A stretch of DNA of 64,000 nt from Vitrella brassicaformis CCMP3155. Its lineage: Eukaryota > Protista > Chromerida. Below are positions 63,150-64,000 of the stretch, in pieces. Within the stretch, counting starts at the first letter, position 1. Each line of letters opens with the position of its first letter. The DNA lies in contig CDMY01000422.1 of NCBI GenBank assembly GCA_001179505.1, forward strand, positions 1 to 64,000, given 5' to 3'. The position numbers and the translations under genes were made by a program. Below the pieces are notes generated by a model. The model worked only from the letters and a program-made list of their open reading frames with translations. It searched no databases and was not told where the DNA came from.

Positions 63150-63850
63150 ATCTCTGTACAGTCTCGGCATTACCCCGCCTGACGACAAGTTGAACCCCAA
63201 CGGCCAGCGCATGGACAGCTATTGTGTGACGTCAGTGACTATTTGGTCGACGTCATTGTCGCCCGCCCCTGCCGCCCTGACAACTCCCCCATCTCCTTCG
63301 AATTCCACCGGACAGTCAATCGGCGTAGCCCACAGCTTCCAGGTGGCAAGGCGGCTCAGCTTGCGGGGAAAGACAAGATTGACAAGTATGGACCAATCAC
63401 CCAAGCAGCCGGCTTCCGCTTCGTGCCTCTCGCTGCGGAGGCATTCGGCAGATGGGGAGACAAGACAATGGATTTTCTCAAGATGCTCGCCAAGCGAAAG
63501 CCTCGCCCCACATCCATTCCCACGGAGGAGGACACATTTTCCGAGAGAGCGTCGTCAACCATTGAAGCCAGCTTCTGTCCATCGAGCTGATGAAGCACAA
63601 CGCCTTCCAAGTGGCGAGTCGTGCACAGCGCGCGCCTGGTGAGGGCCAGTGCGTTTTCGGAGGACTTCGTCAGCCGCGGGCCATACAAGCCACACACCAG
63701 CCCCGCTCCGGGGCTGTGAGATGGCTGGCTGGACTTGGATTTCGTGGATGTGTGTGTTGTGTTACATGTCTCGCGCTTGTTTGCAGTGTGCGACATGTTT
63801 TCGCCTCAACGAACGTTGTCCATTGTTTTGTTTGTTGTTTTTTTTTTGCA
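63150..63850 (+). mobile_element. Decayed 3' fragment of a restriction-like-endonuclease non-LTR retrotransposon (CRE-like); limits approximate
   Basis: PDD...RMD, YLVDVIV, AAQLAGKDKIDKY, FVPLAAEAFGRWG, then after a frameshift LSIELMKHNA. This matches the PD..D..K-x-K-Y / F-x-P-x-A-x-E-x-x-G-x-W-G / LS..L.R.NA C-terminus of RLE-clade elements. Confidence 0.75.
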
Positions 63851-64000
63851 TGCATTGTTCCGGTTTCCTTGCTTGATACGACTGATGCTCAGACGAACTT
63901 CGTCGCCCGTTCATGTATCTACTTAAAACAATGTACCACACAACTATATGGGCGGGCGCATAAGCGACCAGGCAAGAATTAGGAGCAAAGAAACACGCCC

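Noticed and set aside
1-64000. tRNA, rRNA or snRNA genes
   Set aside because: No convincing T-loop/B-box with cloverleaf or rRNA/snRNA conserved tract seen by eye; tRNAscan-SE or Infernal would be needed to exclude them.

Overview
This is intron-dense, GC-rich eukaryotic genomic DNA with short GT-AG introns, TG/CA-rich introns and two 300-N gaps. Style and gene content point to a chromerid alveolate, most likely Vitrella brassicaformis (inference). Supported genes, in order: a tandem two-domain GET3/ArsA ATPase with an N-terminal extension, a membrane-anchored DAGK-family lipid kinase, a large armadillo-repeat protein, SEY1/RHD3, PSMG3 (PAC3), Fuzzy, a frameshifted gene with AP2-like modules, a Sec14/CRAL-TRIO protein, SMARCD/BAF60, a dual-specificity pseudophosphatase (HS in place of HC), a type II pantothenate kinase, a TFIIIC B-block-binding subunit and DDX6/Dhh1. 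Intergenic DNA holds much mobile-element debris. The best-supported finding is a Helitron/Helentron-like element present twice. It has 13-bp subterminal inverted repeats, a terminal hairpin and a decayed PIF1 helicase, and its exact empty insertion site survives in a paralogous locus inside this window. One copy splits what would otherwise be a 73-bp divergent ATG-to-ATG spacer. Ends of repeats abut the start codons of three genes. Exon boundaries were inferred by eye, so gene limits are approximate. No tRNA, rRNA or CRISPR array was found.
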